A DNA stretch of 52,411 nucleotides from the IMG/VR virus record IMGVR_UViG_3300009488_002371, positions 1 to 52,411 of that record. One strand, given 5' to 3'. The position numbers were made by a program, and so were the translations under genes. Shown one piece after another: positions 36,531-45,040 of the stretch. A model generated the notes under the pieces. That model was not told where the DNA came from. It saw only the letters and a list, made by a program, of their open reading frames with translations, and did no database searches. Numbering within the stretch: position 1 is the stretch's first letter; every line of letters begins with the position of its first letter. This stretch comes from a virus (Duplodnaviria > Caudoviricetes).

Positions 36531-36793
36531 TTTTGGTAGATCTCAATGATGGTCATGTCGTCCGCGATTTTCTGTCGGATGGGGCAGTCGGGCGGGATGT
36601 TGCCGTTGCAGAGGAATAGGTTTTTGGCCAGGCCTAGTCTGAGGGCTTCCTTGGAGGGCTCGCAGATGCCGTTGTCGTGGTGCTCGCATTTACGGGTTTT
36701 TGACTTCCGTGATAGGGGTGTGCGTGGATGGCGTTTATTGGGCTTTTTACCGTAGTCGTCGTGGAGGGTGCTGGCCTTCTTGAAGTCACCCAT
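36527..36793 (-). CDS. Hypothetical Cys-containing protein
   Basis: Probable start MGDFKK at 36793 with GGAGG SD. Confidence 0.5.
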   Translation of the reverse strand: MGDFKKASTLHDDYGKKPNKRHPRTPLSRKSKTRKCEHHDNGICEPSKEALRLGLAKNLFLCNGNIPPDCPIRQKIADDMTIIEIYQK

Positions 36794-37163
36794 CAGGAAT
36801 CCTCCTTTGGCGTAGACTCTGAGAAAACGAAAATAGGGCATTTATCGCGTCATATCTGTCTTGAATTTTCTTTTCTATAATTTTATCAAGACCAGCAATA
36901 TATCCATCGAGTATTTTATTTGTCGCTCCAAATATTTCATAATGGTCTTTACAATAGTACCATAACTCATAGTAATCTAAAACAGGTTCTCCCAGAATGT
37001 TAGTCATTACTTTTCCACGTTTGTTTTTCTTCCATGCTGGCATTTGTATCGCTCCATAAGAGGGTAAACCACAGACACGACAATTTGGAATCGTTAATGA
37101 GGAAACAGGAATGTTGGTGCTGTGGTCTTTATCGAGGGTGTTGGCTCTCTTAAACTCGTCCAT
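36786..37163 (-). CDS. Hypothetical zinc-finger protein, AT-rich body
   Basis: CRVC...YCKDH; GAGGTGA SD. Confidence 0.55.
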   Translation of the reverse strand: MDEFKRANTLDKDHSTNIPVSSLTIPNCRVCGLPSYGAIQMPAWKKNKRGKVMTNILGEPVLDYYELWYYCKDHYEIFGATNKILDGYIAGLDKIIEKKIQDRYDAINALFSFSQSLRQRRIPDG

Positions 37164-37408
37164 TAGTATGTCACCTCGCGCGCGAGTGTCTCAGTTTTTG
37201 TCACGGTCACTTTACCGGACTTGGCTGCTTTTCCTCCAGCGGTCAAAACGCGCTGTATTTGTTTATAGAATTTCTCAGCTCTCATGAAGAGCGGGAGCTG
37301 ATAGGTCTCGGTGGTGGGGGATACCTCGTAGTCGAAGCTGCCCGTAATGTATTCTCCTTCATTATCGGATCTGATTAGTTGCACCCGCACTATGTATTTT
37401 TCAGTCAT
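37163..37408 (-). CDS. Hypothetical protein
   Basis: Coupled ORF in the early operon. Confidence 0.5.
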   Translation of the reverse strand: MTEKYIVRVQLIRSDNEGEYITGSFDYEVSPTTETYQLPLFMRAEKFYKQIQRVLTAGGKAAKSGKVTVTKTETLAREVTY

Positions 37409-38050
37409 TCATCGCCAGACCTTGATGCCCTGCTCGGTCAGATAGTTCATTGCGAAGAACACAATGTCCGTAAGTTCGCCTGTAATCTTGTTCTCACGAG
37501 CCACGGCCCATATTTCCCTGCCCGTGATCTCCTCCTGATTCCTTGGCTCTATGTACTCCTCGAGGATAAGCTGCCCTAGCTTCTCGCCGGCGACGTACTT
37601 GGGGCTCAGAAGTCTCTTGTGGAGTTTCTGTGCTTCTTTTATCTGATCAAAATCAGCATCTGGAACCATCCAAATGCGCACGCGCGGACCCCGTTTTCCT
37701 CTCCCGCCTCTAGTTTTTACCGCCGGCACAATGAACTTGAATGCCCTCAAGTCCGTCAGGTAACGGTACATTGTCGGCTCCGATACCCCAAGTCTGTTTT
37801 GAAGGATGAGAGAAGTCGATGCCCCATAGTTAAGGAAGTGCCAGGCTGTCCTTCTCAGATTTTTTGTTGAGAGGATCTTCCCTACCTGCTCCAGATCATT
37901 CTCAGAACATAAGAATGACTCACGGGCGCTCAAGTGCTCAGAAAGGGAAATGCTCTCATGATATGATGATAATAATTGAATAGCTTTAACTATATTATAT
38001 ACCGAATTATTATCATTTTCTAAGAGCATTGTTTTCTTTGGGAGTGTCAT
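37409..38050 (-). CDS. Winged-helix protein, candidate replication initiator or regulator
   Basis: LQNRLGVSEPTMYRYLTDL HTH; AGGTGA SD. Confidence 0.55.
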   Translation of the reverse strand: MTLPKKTMLLENDNNSVYNIVKAIQLLSSYHESISLSEHLSARESFLCSENDLEQVGKILSTKNLRRTAWHFLNYGASTSLILQNRLGVSEPTMYRYLTDLRAFKFIVPAVKTRGGRGKRGPRVRIWMVPDADFDQIKEAQKLHKRLLSPKYVAGEKLGQLILEEYIEPRNQEEITGREIWAVARENKITGELTDIVFFAMNYLTEQGIKVWR

Positions 38051-38161
38051 AGTGTCACCTTCGCATCTGCATCCAGAGCACTATTCCGAGAGCCAGGGAT
38101 ATGGCGCCGCTTGCTATGATCAGCCACATGGATAGGCGGAGATTTCTCTTAAAATCGGCGC

Positions 38162-38376
38162 TCATTGTCCTGTTGCCTTCTCCATCTCGGTTACGTTCTT
38201 GTAGTGTGTGCCCCGGACGTAGACCGGGCCGTGAGCCAGGGCATCCATGACCTCGTCGAAGGGGAGCTTCCTGCAGGAAAAGCAGACGTATTGGACGCCC
38301 CTGTGTCCGACATATATGCCTCGGCTCCGTTTTCGTGATCGAGGGGTTCCGCAGACGGCGCATTCAACTTCCTCCA
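38162..38376 (-). CDS. Zinc-finger protein
   Basis: CAVCG...CFSC; probable start MEEVEC. Confidence 0.5.
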
Positions 38377-38691
38377 TTAGTTTTCTCCTAACATCGGTGG
38401 CGTGTTCCAGCCAAGGGTGTCGTAGGTCCACTCGAAGAGCTCGGTGAATGTCTTGCCCTTGTTCGTGATAACGTATAGATAGGGTGTACGTGTGATTCTG
38501 TGGCCACTAGCGGTGACGTATGGAACTTTTTCGATAAGTTCTTTCTCTGATAGTAGTGACAGATATTTTTCGAAGAGTTGGCTGTTCATATTGACTGCTT
38601 GATATAGGTGTGTCTTTTTGATGGGTTCCCCTGTGTTCCTGAGTATGCCGAAGATAAGCTGGAGGGGTCCCCTGCGCCGGGGTTGCTCCAT
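38377..38691 (-). CDS. Archaeal winged-helix regulator (ArnR1-like/HTH_45)
   Basis: RR..L..I..IL, KTHL...N.N...KYL..L, Y.IT.KG. Confidence 0.8.
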   Translation of the reverse strand: MEQPRRRGPLQLIFGILRNTGEPIKKTHLYQAVNMNSQLFEKYLSLLSEKELIEKVPYVTASGHRITRTPYLYVITNKGKTFTELFEWTYDTLGWNTPPMLGEN

Positions 38692-38692
38692 C

Positions 38693-39061
38693 TTATTTTT
38701 CCTCCTTAAGCCAGATGGGGGATATGGCCTGATATTTTCTGCCGCTCATTATGAGTAGGCCGTCGACCAGTAACTGGCTAAGGGCGGGGCTCAGGACTGA
38801 TTGCGATATGCCCATGTAGGCTCGGATGTCGGTGAATCTGTGGGCTCCACCCTCCTTCAAGAGGGTGAAATATATTTTAGTTGTCGGAGAGTGACGGCAT
38901 AGTCTCTCCAGAAAGTCCATTATTTCTATATTCGGCTTAGCTGTGGTTGATCCTCGGAATACTCTTCCGCATGTGTTACACTGGCTCATGCCAGGGAAGT
39001 TCGTGTTGTGGACATCATATGAGCTGCAACGTGGGCAACTTGCGCGCGCGTTATCACTCAA
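38693..39061 (-). CDS. Zinc-ribbon plus winged-helix protein
   Basis: CPRCSS..CNTCG; FTDI..MGISQSVLSPALSQL. Confidence 0.65.
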   Translation of the reverse strand: MSDNARASCPRCSSYDVHNTNFPGMSQCNTCGRVFRGSTTAKPNIEIMDFLERLCRHSPTTKIYFTLLKEGGAHRFTDIRAYMGISQSVLSPALSQLLVDGLLIMSGRKYQAISPIWLKEEK

Positions 39062-40074
39062 TATGGGTCCTCTGGTTCTGCTTTACTTATCTTCATGGGT
39101 GTTTCCTTGTTGCAGACCTTGCAGGTATAATACGCCCAGCCGTCGCCGAGATCCTTTTTCATGTGCGGGGTTTCTTGGGCTTCATGTGCGCCGCTTTCAC
39201 AGTATAGCATAACTATTTGGGGCTCGGTTTCTGTGGCTTCTTCTATGGGCTCCTCCGGCTCTTGTGTAGGCTCTTCAACTATGTCTTTGACGGGTTCTTC
39301 CTTGACGTCGTCTTCCCAGCCAACCTTCAGCCATCCATCCCAGGTACATTGTGCGGGTCTCTTTCCCCATCTTCTCTTGTAGTATTCTTCGCATTTTCGG
39401 CAGATATTTAAATCTTCAAGAGGCCGATCTAGCCCCTTTACACATGGGTCCACATATTCATATTCTGGGTTCACCTCTTCCTCTAACTCTTCGGTATAGT
39501 CTGGGACGGAGGGCTCTGTGATCTCAGCTGTTATAGATTCCTCTGGCTCAGGATCGTCATCAAACACGATTGTCTCCTCATCAGCCCCGGTGACGGTGGT
39601 GACTTCCTCGGTATGCGGTGGCTCCAAGACTTCCTCTGTTGGCTTCTCTTCCTGAGGCTCATCGGCAACGTCTTTGACCAAGGGAACCACGGTCTCTTCT
39701 TCAATAATGGGATCCTCAAGCTCCTCGTCTACGGGTTCTTCTATTTCATCAGGTTCGGTAATGGCCTCGATCTTAGGGGGTGACGTACGTGTACGTGGAG
39801 GCGGAATTTCGCAGCTCTTTTTCTCTAGGCGAACGGTGACCCTCAGGAGGTCACCTATTTCAAAGCCGAGGTTATCCCTGACCGGCTCATAAAGGCAGAT
39901 ACGCCATCCCTTGGCTATTCTGGCGAGGAAGGTTTCCTTGCGTTCTGTCTTGTCGAGTTCGAGAACTTGTTTGGCTATGGCTATGATTTCGCAGCACTCG
40001 ATGTCTTTTGAGTAGAAGCCACATAGGGGATTGCATTCGTGTCCTTGCATTAGTGGGCAGAACTTGTCGGTCAT
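39058..40074 (-). CDS. AbrB-like DNA-binding domain with long acidic region and Cys motifs
   Basis: ARIAKGWRICL..PVRDNLGFEIGDLLRV; probable start MTDKFC. Confidence 0.6.
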   Translation of the reverse strand: MTDKFCPLMQGHECNPLCGFYSKDIECCEIIAIAKQVLELDKTERKETFLARIAKGWRICLYEPVRDNLGFEIGDLLRVTVRLEKKSCEIPPPRTRTSPPKIEAITEPDEIEEPVDEELEDPIIEEETVVPLVKDVADEPQEEKPTEEVLEPPHTEEVTTVTGADEETIVFDDDPEPEESITAEITEPSVPDYTEELEEEVNPEYEYVDPCVKGLDRPLEDLNICRKCEEYYKRRWGKRPAQCTWDGWLKVGWEDDVKEEPVKDIVEEPTQEPEEPIEEATETEPQIVMLYCESGAHEAQETPHMKKDLGDGWAYYTCKVCNKETPMKISKAEPEDPY

Positions 40075-40316
40075 TCTAATTCCTCCAGTATTTCGCCTAG
40101 TCTGAAAATTAGGTCGCTGGCGTCCATGTTGGTTTCCTTGGCTTCCTCCCACAGCATTCTGACAGATTCAAGTTTCTCAGCCTTTTCCTTCATCTGCTTC
40201 ATGTTGCTCAAGACATATCGTGAAGAGAATATGTGGTCCTTCCCCTTCCCCAAACGAGGTAGAACGTCTTTTGCTATTCGGATAGCTTCATTGGGATTGT
40301 AATTAAAATCAGTCAT
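40071..40316 (-). CDS. Hypothetical protein
   Basis: ORF track; operon context. Confidence 0.45.
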   Translation of the reverse strand: MTDFNYNPNEAIRIAKDVLPRLGKGKDHIFSSRYVLSNMKQMKEKAEKLESVRMLWEEAKETNMDASDLIFRLGEILEELE

Positions 40317-40607
40317 TCCTTTTTCTCCTCCTCAAGCACCCACATAAGTATAGCAACCTCAGCCCGATGCCTGTTCCGTCTAAACATAGCTCTTGAGTCG
40401 ATTTCCATGAGATCTATGATTTTGCCCAGGATCTCCTTTCTTGTTCGCATCACGGTTCCTCCTTTTTCCTGACGAAGCCCATGCAGTACCTCAGCCGCTT
40501 AGGCGCGTAGACATCCTTGCAACCGGATAGACAGTATTTATCAGCCTCATCATATTCGGCGCAGCGAATACACTGATGGATCCGCTCATGCTTACGTCCC
40601 GACCTAC

Positions 40608-40886
40608 TCATTCAGGGACCTCCTCTATTCCTGGCAGGTCTTCAAGTCCGTTGGGCTGCCGCCGTCTGAAGCGTATGTTCACGTAGTCGTTGTTTCCACG
40701 GTAGACGTTGGCCTCTATGAGGCCGTCGAGGGCCAGGGCTACGAGGCGGCGGAAGTACCATTTACTCATGTGCCTCTCCCCGGTCTTCTGTGAAACTAGG
40801 GCGATCATTCTGAATAGTTCTATGTAGCCGGGGTACTCGTTGACATATTCCAGTATGGCCTGGGAGACAGGTCCGAGGTTAGACAT
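40608..40886 (-). CDS. Hypothetical (wHTH-like) protein
   Basis: ORF track; GGAGG SD. Confidence 0.45.
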   Translation of the reverse strand: MSNLGPVSQAILEYVNEYPGYIELFRMIALVSQKTGERHMSKWYFRRLVALALDGLIEANVYRGNNDYVNIRFRRRQPNGLEDLPGIEEVPE

Positions 40887-41114
40887 TCATGTGTCCTCCT
40901 CGTCAGTTACCCTCAGAAGTCCACATTCACTGCACTTCATGAATATGTTGTTTCGCCACTTCTCGGATCTGTTGATCCATTTTCGATCCTTCTTCTCTAT
41001 AAGGGCCTTAACCCAGCTTGGAAGCTCGCTCTTTTCAAGGAAGCTCCTTCTCTCCTCGGTGACGTCCTCGAAGATGTGTTTGCAGTTCCTTTGTTCCTCC
41101 GTCAATGTAACCAT
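40887..41114 (-). CDS. Small Cys/His protein
   Basis: CKH...KCSECG. Confidence 0.45.
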   Translation of the reverse strand: MVTLTEEQRNCKHIFEDVTEERRSFLEKSELPSWVKALIEKKDRKWINRSEKWRNNIFMKCSECGLLRVTDEEDT

Positions 41115-41263
41115 CTATTTTCCTCCTCTGATCAGCAGCCGTATCATGGAGAGGAAAACGTCTATCCAGCCCAAGACGCAGTTGGGCTCGTAGAAGCACT
41201 TACGACCGTATTTTGAGGCGTCGCCGTACCATCGGCAACCGTTGCCCTTGCATAGAACCATGT

Positions 41264-42046
41264 TTACTCCGCTTCCTTGGGTCGCATGAGTACCCAGCGC
41301 TTCTCCTTGGGGCGCCACTTGAAGCCAGCTTTATCCAGCATACGGGATACTTCGCCGAAGTTCTCACCTAAGTACGCTTTTGTCTTCACTATGGCACGTT
41401 GGTCTTCCTTCTCGAAGCTGAAGGTGGTCTCAGAATCAAGGCCTGCGTCGCCTACCCAGGCGCCGAACGCCGTGTCTACGTGATCCCAGCCTCTGGATCC
41501 GAGTTCTTCCTCGAAGTTCCATGTAGGTATCTCCCATGAATCGGGTAAAGGGAGGCCCTCGCGCTGCTCCGAATCCACATTCTTACGTTCGAACTCCGGA
41601 CCCAAGCTCATCTCCTCGGCACTGACATCGGCGGAGCCCACGAAGTTACTGACGGCCCGGTTCCAGGCTCGGGTGAAGGCTATTGATCGGACGTCGTGGT
41701 AGGGGCGGTCCTTGTGGTGGACTAGGTTGGGTTCGTCTATGGTGCAGCTTCCGACGCCGGTGGATTGTCTGCCGAGTTTGTTGAAGACCCGGATGGTGTA
41801 GTTGTAGCCGTAGAAGTCGCCTCCCATAGTTATCGCCTCCTCTTTCAGGACCTCATCGCTCAGGTCGAAGCCCTGAGCGAGTTTAGCGAATCCGCTACGA
41901 GATGTATATTGCTTGTTTCCCTGAATGATATAGTCCCGCCCTTCAGTCATCAGCGTCTTCTTGACCTGGGCCACATATTTCGTCAGCTTCGTAAGTTCGG
42001 CTATAGGCATAGTCGGGATGTCCAGAGACTTGTCTTCATCAGACAT
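41264..42046 (-). CDS. Single-strand annealing recombinase (Rad52/RecT-superfamily-like)
   Basis: Y..RSGFAKLA, GVGSC, AFTRAWNRAV, SAEEM. Confidence 0.65.
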   Translation of the reverse strand: MSDEDKSLDIPTMPIAELTKLTKYVAQVKKTLMTEGRDYIIQGNKQYTSRSGFAKLAQGFDLSDEVLKEEAITMGGDFYGYNYTIRVFNKLGRQSTGVGSCTIDEPNLVHHKDRPYHDVRSIAFTRAWNRAVSNFVGSADVSAEEMSLGPEFERKNVDSEQREGLPLPDSWEIPTWNFEEELGSRGWDHVDTAFGAWVGDAGLDSETTFSFEKEDQRAIVKTKAYLGENFGEVSRMLDKAGFKWRPKEKRWVLMRPKEAE

Positions 42047-42354
42047 TAGGCTTTAACCTCCTTAACCATGGCATAATCTGGCATTCTCACATATTTCTGA
42101 GCGCCATGGAACACAGAATGGTCTGGTTTTTTGGGGCGACTTCTGTAGGCCTTGCAATCTTCTTCAGTATGTTGTGTCTCTTTTCCAAGGATGGGCTTAC
42201 CGCATATCCTGCAGATATAGCCTCCCTTCAGCGATTTTCTATCGTAGTCAAAAGGGTCTTTCCAGGTGAGTAGCCTATATGACAGCATAATAATGCCGCC
42301 ACCCAATCCAGCAGCAATGGCTCCAGCAAGACCCCTCGCAACTTCTTCTCTCAT
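42046..42354 (-). CDS. Membrane-anchored zinc-finger protein
   Basis: N-terminal TM helix then CRICG..H..C. Confidence 0.45.
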   Translation of the reverse strand: MREEVARGLAGAIAAGLGGGIIMLSYRLLTWKDPFDYDRKSLKGGYICRICGKPILGKETQHTEEDCKAYRSRPKKPDHSVFHGAQKYVRMPDYAMVKEVKA

Positions 42355-42648
42355 TGCTCTTCCTCCTTTTCGCCCCACTGGAAATTAATGGTACCATTCT
42401 CTCCGTACTGGTATCGGTGGACGCCGCCGTGGGCGAGGCTTATCGGAGCCGACGTATGGGAGCAACAACCATGGAGCCCGGGCCGCTCCCCGCCGGGTCC
42501 AAGGTCAACGCAATTCCCCGTCGACACCGACACGATCATGTCGAGTCCCTCCTTCGTTTTCTCAGGTAGTAGTAGGCGTCCATGATGACGTAGACCCCGG
42601 TGAAGTAGATGCAGCCGCTTACGAGGGATCTAGCGATCAGCTGCATCA

Positions 42649-43107
42649 TCAGGTTTCGGCCTCCTTTCGCGCGCAACCGGGTCGATACCCCTCTCCACGC
42701 GCACGTGCGCGAAGGAATCCTTCATCCTCCCCTCTCTTGAGGCGACCCCAGCAGACGGGTCCGATACCCCGCTTCACGCTCACAGGAGCCGTCAGAAGCC
42801 GGCCGCATATACGGCACCGAGTCTCACCTCTCAGGCCCCCGATCTCCTTTTCATTCAAGACTGGAACTTTGAAACTAAGTGTGGTTGCATCTTCCCATTC
42901 TGCGCTTTGATATGGTTCAACCCCACTTAGATTTATGCCACCCATGTTTTCTTCCGTTATCAGAGGAGGATCCAGCTCAACATTATTTCCAGTGAGATAC
43001 CCACAATCAGGGCACTTCATGAAAACGCTGTAGATGTCGTCCTTTCTGTGAATCCAACCCACTGACTCGAAGTGCTTAAAGTCGGCGCAAACAGAACACG
43101 ATCTCAT
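42649..43107 (-). CDS. Zinc-finger protein with DUF6011-like C-terminus
   Basis: CRICGRLLT.PVSVKRGIGPVC. Confidence 0.65.
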   Translation of the reverse strand: MRSCSVCADFKHFESVGWIHRKDDIYSVFMKCPDCGYLTGNNVELDPPLITEENMGGINLSGVEPYQSAEWEDATTLSFKVPVLNEKEIGGLRGETRCRICGRLLTAPVSVKRGIGPVCWGRLKRGEDEGFLRARARGEGYRPGCARKEAET

Positions 43108-43562
43108 GCTAAGGCCTCCTTGTTTTTCTGTTCTGAAAGGAGCTCTGTTATTTTAGCTACTATTTCCTGGTCGGTTGCAGATTTGGAGACATGTATTCTC
43201 GGTCGGCGGTCTGGATCGGAAATGCTGTGCGTTCGTATCCATTCCGATTCCATGTCAACTATGTTATCATCAAAGCTGATGTGCATACTTTTTATTATGT
43301 CACATGCTCCCATCTTCCAGTAGTTCTTCTTCGAAGCCAATCCCCACCATTCCTTCTTACTGCTTAGATGCCAAGGGTAGTTTCTTATGACTACAACATA
43401 ATCATCCATTGTGTAAAGGAATCCTACGTTTTCTCTGTATGCGTGGCACTCGAAGCCGATGCAGGGCTCATTATAGTAGGGACACTTTTTATCGGGGCTC
43501 ATGGCAAATCCTCCTTTTCCTTTCGGAGTATATCTAATTCCATTGTCTTTTCCTTTGCCCAT
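43104..43562 (-). CDS. Hypothetical Cys-containing protein
   Basis: CPY..PC..EC motif. Confidence 0.45.
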   Translation of the reverse strand: MGKGKDNGIRYTPKGKGGFAMSPDKKCPYYNEPCIGFECHAYRENVGFLYTMDDYVVVIRNYPWHLSSKKEWWGLASKKNYWKMGACDIIKSMHISFDDNIVDMESEWIRTHSISDPDRRPRIHVSKSATDQEIVAKITELLSEQKNKEALA

Positions 43563-43771
43563 CTCTTAGGCCCACAAATCAGTCCACTCTTGACTACTGA
43601 GCCATCATAGCCTGGTCCTCTGTTAACAGATAGACTGCAAAACGGGCAGATAGGCATCATTCTACCTGTTGGCGTTGTTGTCCATACATAGGTAAAGGGG
43701 TGCTGCTGGATGATTACTTCCTCTTCATAGACGGGGAACTCAAAGTCTTTCTTACAGCGCTTGCACTTCAT
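43499..43771 (-). CDS. Zinc-ribbon protein
   Basis: CKRC...CPFC. Confidence 0.5.
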   Translation of the reverse strand: MKCKRCKKDFEFPVYEEEVIIQQHPFTYVWTTTPTGRMMPICPFCSLSVNRGPGYDGSVVKSGLICGPKRWAKEKTMELDILRKEKEDLP

Positions 43772-44130
43772 TGTCCTTCCTCCTTGTCGGTTAGGAGCTG
43801 AATTAGTTTGATGTATGATCCGACGATTTTTATGGCATGTTTAAGAATCTCGATGGATGTAGGTGTGTCCACTTCTTTTATGGGATAATCCCATTTTGTG
43901 GCTTCGTCTATCCACCAGTGTCCTTCTGTTTTTGACAGGGTTAGTTTTGGGTGGCTGGGCGAGATGTCTCTCCAGGCCCATCCGAGGTAGGGGATTGGTT
44001 TGTCGTCGAGGTCGACGATGAGTTTGTGTTTCATGAGTTTGTTTAGTTTTTCGGCGAGTCGTTTGAATGTTCTTTGTAGTTCGGTTTTGCTATCCATCAG
44101 CATGAGGACTCCTTGGAGCCGGTTATCCAC
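43768..44130 (-). CDS. Hypothetical protein
   Basis: ORF track. Confidence 0.45.
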   Translation of the reverse strand: MDNRLQGVLMLMDSKTELQRTFKRLAEKLNKLMKHKLIVDLDDKPIPYLGWAWRDISPSHPKLTLSKTEGHWWIDEATKWDYPIKEVDTPTSIEILKHAIKIVGSYIKLIQLLTDKEEGQ

Positions 44131-44303
44131 ACTTCTGAGTAATCACAATCTGGATTTGCACAGTGAACTGGAATCTCATTGCTATTGTCTGATACCCAAT
44201 CATCATCCGTGGTGAGCAACGAACCGCAGAAGGGGCATCGCCCAAATTGGCCATTGGGTTGTTTCGGTAATGCCTTGACCGTTTCTTTTATCGGGTAATC
44301 CAT
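44097..44303 (-). CDS. Zinc-ribbon protein
   Basis: CPFCG...CANPDC. Confidence 0.55.
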   Translation of the reverse strand: MDYPIKETVKALPKQPNGQFGRCPFCGSLLTTDDDWVSDNSNEIPVHCANPDCDYSEVWITGSKESSC

Positions 44304-44308
44304 AAGAT

Positions 44309-44452
44309 CTAGCCCTCTTTCTCGATGTCTCCGCCCAGCGCCCTCATCATGCCGTTGAGGAGGCGCTTGTAGCTCTCCCAGCGCTGGTCCTGCTTCTTCT
44401 CGAGCTGTTCCAGCCTCTCCTCCATCTGGTGCAGGCGAACCTCGACAGACAT
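44309..44452 (-). CDS. 47-aa coiled-coil microprotein
   Basis: Read manually: MSVEVRLHQMEERLEQLEKK...; TGATG overlap with the RHH gene. Confidence 0.5.
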   Translation of the reverse strand: MSVEVRLHQMEERLEQLEKKQDQRWESYKRLLNGMMRALGGDIEKEG

Positions 44453-44616
44453 CAGTCCGAGGCCTCTTTCTCCAGTTCTTCTAGGCGCCTTCTCGCGGCG
44501 TCTCTGACGAACTCGGCCATGCTCTGGTAGCCCGATCTTTTCAGAATCTTCCTCATCTTCTCGGCGAGGTGTTTGGGTATGCTCACCGTGGTGTAGTCTC
44601 TAATATGTTCTGACAT
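44452..44616 (-). CDS. Ribbon-helix-helix (CopG-like) regulator, first gene of the early operon
   Basis: YTTVSIP..L...GYQSMAEFVRDAARRRL; probable leaderless start 44616. Confidence 0.85.
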   Translation of the reverse strand: MSEHIRDYTTVSIPKHLAEKMRKILKRSGYQSMAEFVRDAARRRLEELEKEASD

Positions 44617-44675
44617 GTCAAAACATGTACTCCTAATACACAAGACATATAAAGGTTTACATGGAAATACATGTA
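44611..44675. promoter_or_regulatory. Divergent promoter/operator region with ACATGT repeats
   Basis: TGACATGTCA, AACATGTA, ACATAT, ACATGG, TACATGTA; minus-strand TATA CTTTATATG at 44646-44654. Confidence 0.6.
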
Positions 44676-44703
44676 GAGTAATGTTTAATTGGAGGTAAGA
44701 AAT

Positions 44704-44937
44704 ATGGAAAACAATATCGAATCAAGAGACGATGTTAGATCAAAATTAGAACAGAAGAGCATCAAATCTAGGAGAATCAGTAGAAAAAGATCATATACGA
44801 CAGTCAACGTCCCTTGGACTCTGATGAATAGAATTGACTTTGTTCTGAAGGAAGGAGATCATGGATATGCCAGTCGAACCGACTTTATTTATGATTCTAT
44901 CAGGAGGCGTCTGAGGGAGCTGGATTACTTGAAATGA
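44704..44937 (+). CDS. Ribbon-helix-helix regulator (putative repressor)
   Basis: YTTVNVP..L...GYASRTDFIYDSIRRRL; GGAGGT SD. Confidence 0.85.
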   Translation: MENNIESRDDVRSKLEQKSIKSRRISRKRSYTTVNVPWTLMNRIDFVLKEGDHGYASRTDFIYDSIRRRLRELDYLK

Positions 44938-45040
44938 GGGAGATTTAGAAGTTAAACAAGTTTGGTAAGTCTTGTAATTGTCCGCGCGCGAAAATATTGG
45001 TAAATTAAAGGGAGTTTAATTCACTTGTCGTCTCAGACTT

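Noticed and set aside
10-44215. Numerous plus-strand ORFs in the track (e.g. 10-585, 10211-10810, 32022-32675)
   Set aside because: Antisense shadows of well-supported minus-strand genes, with no motifs
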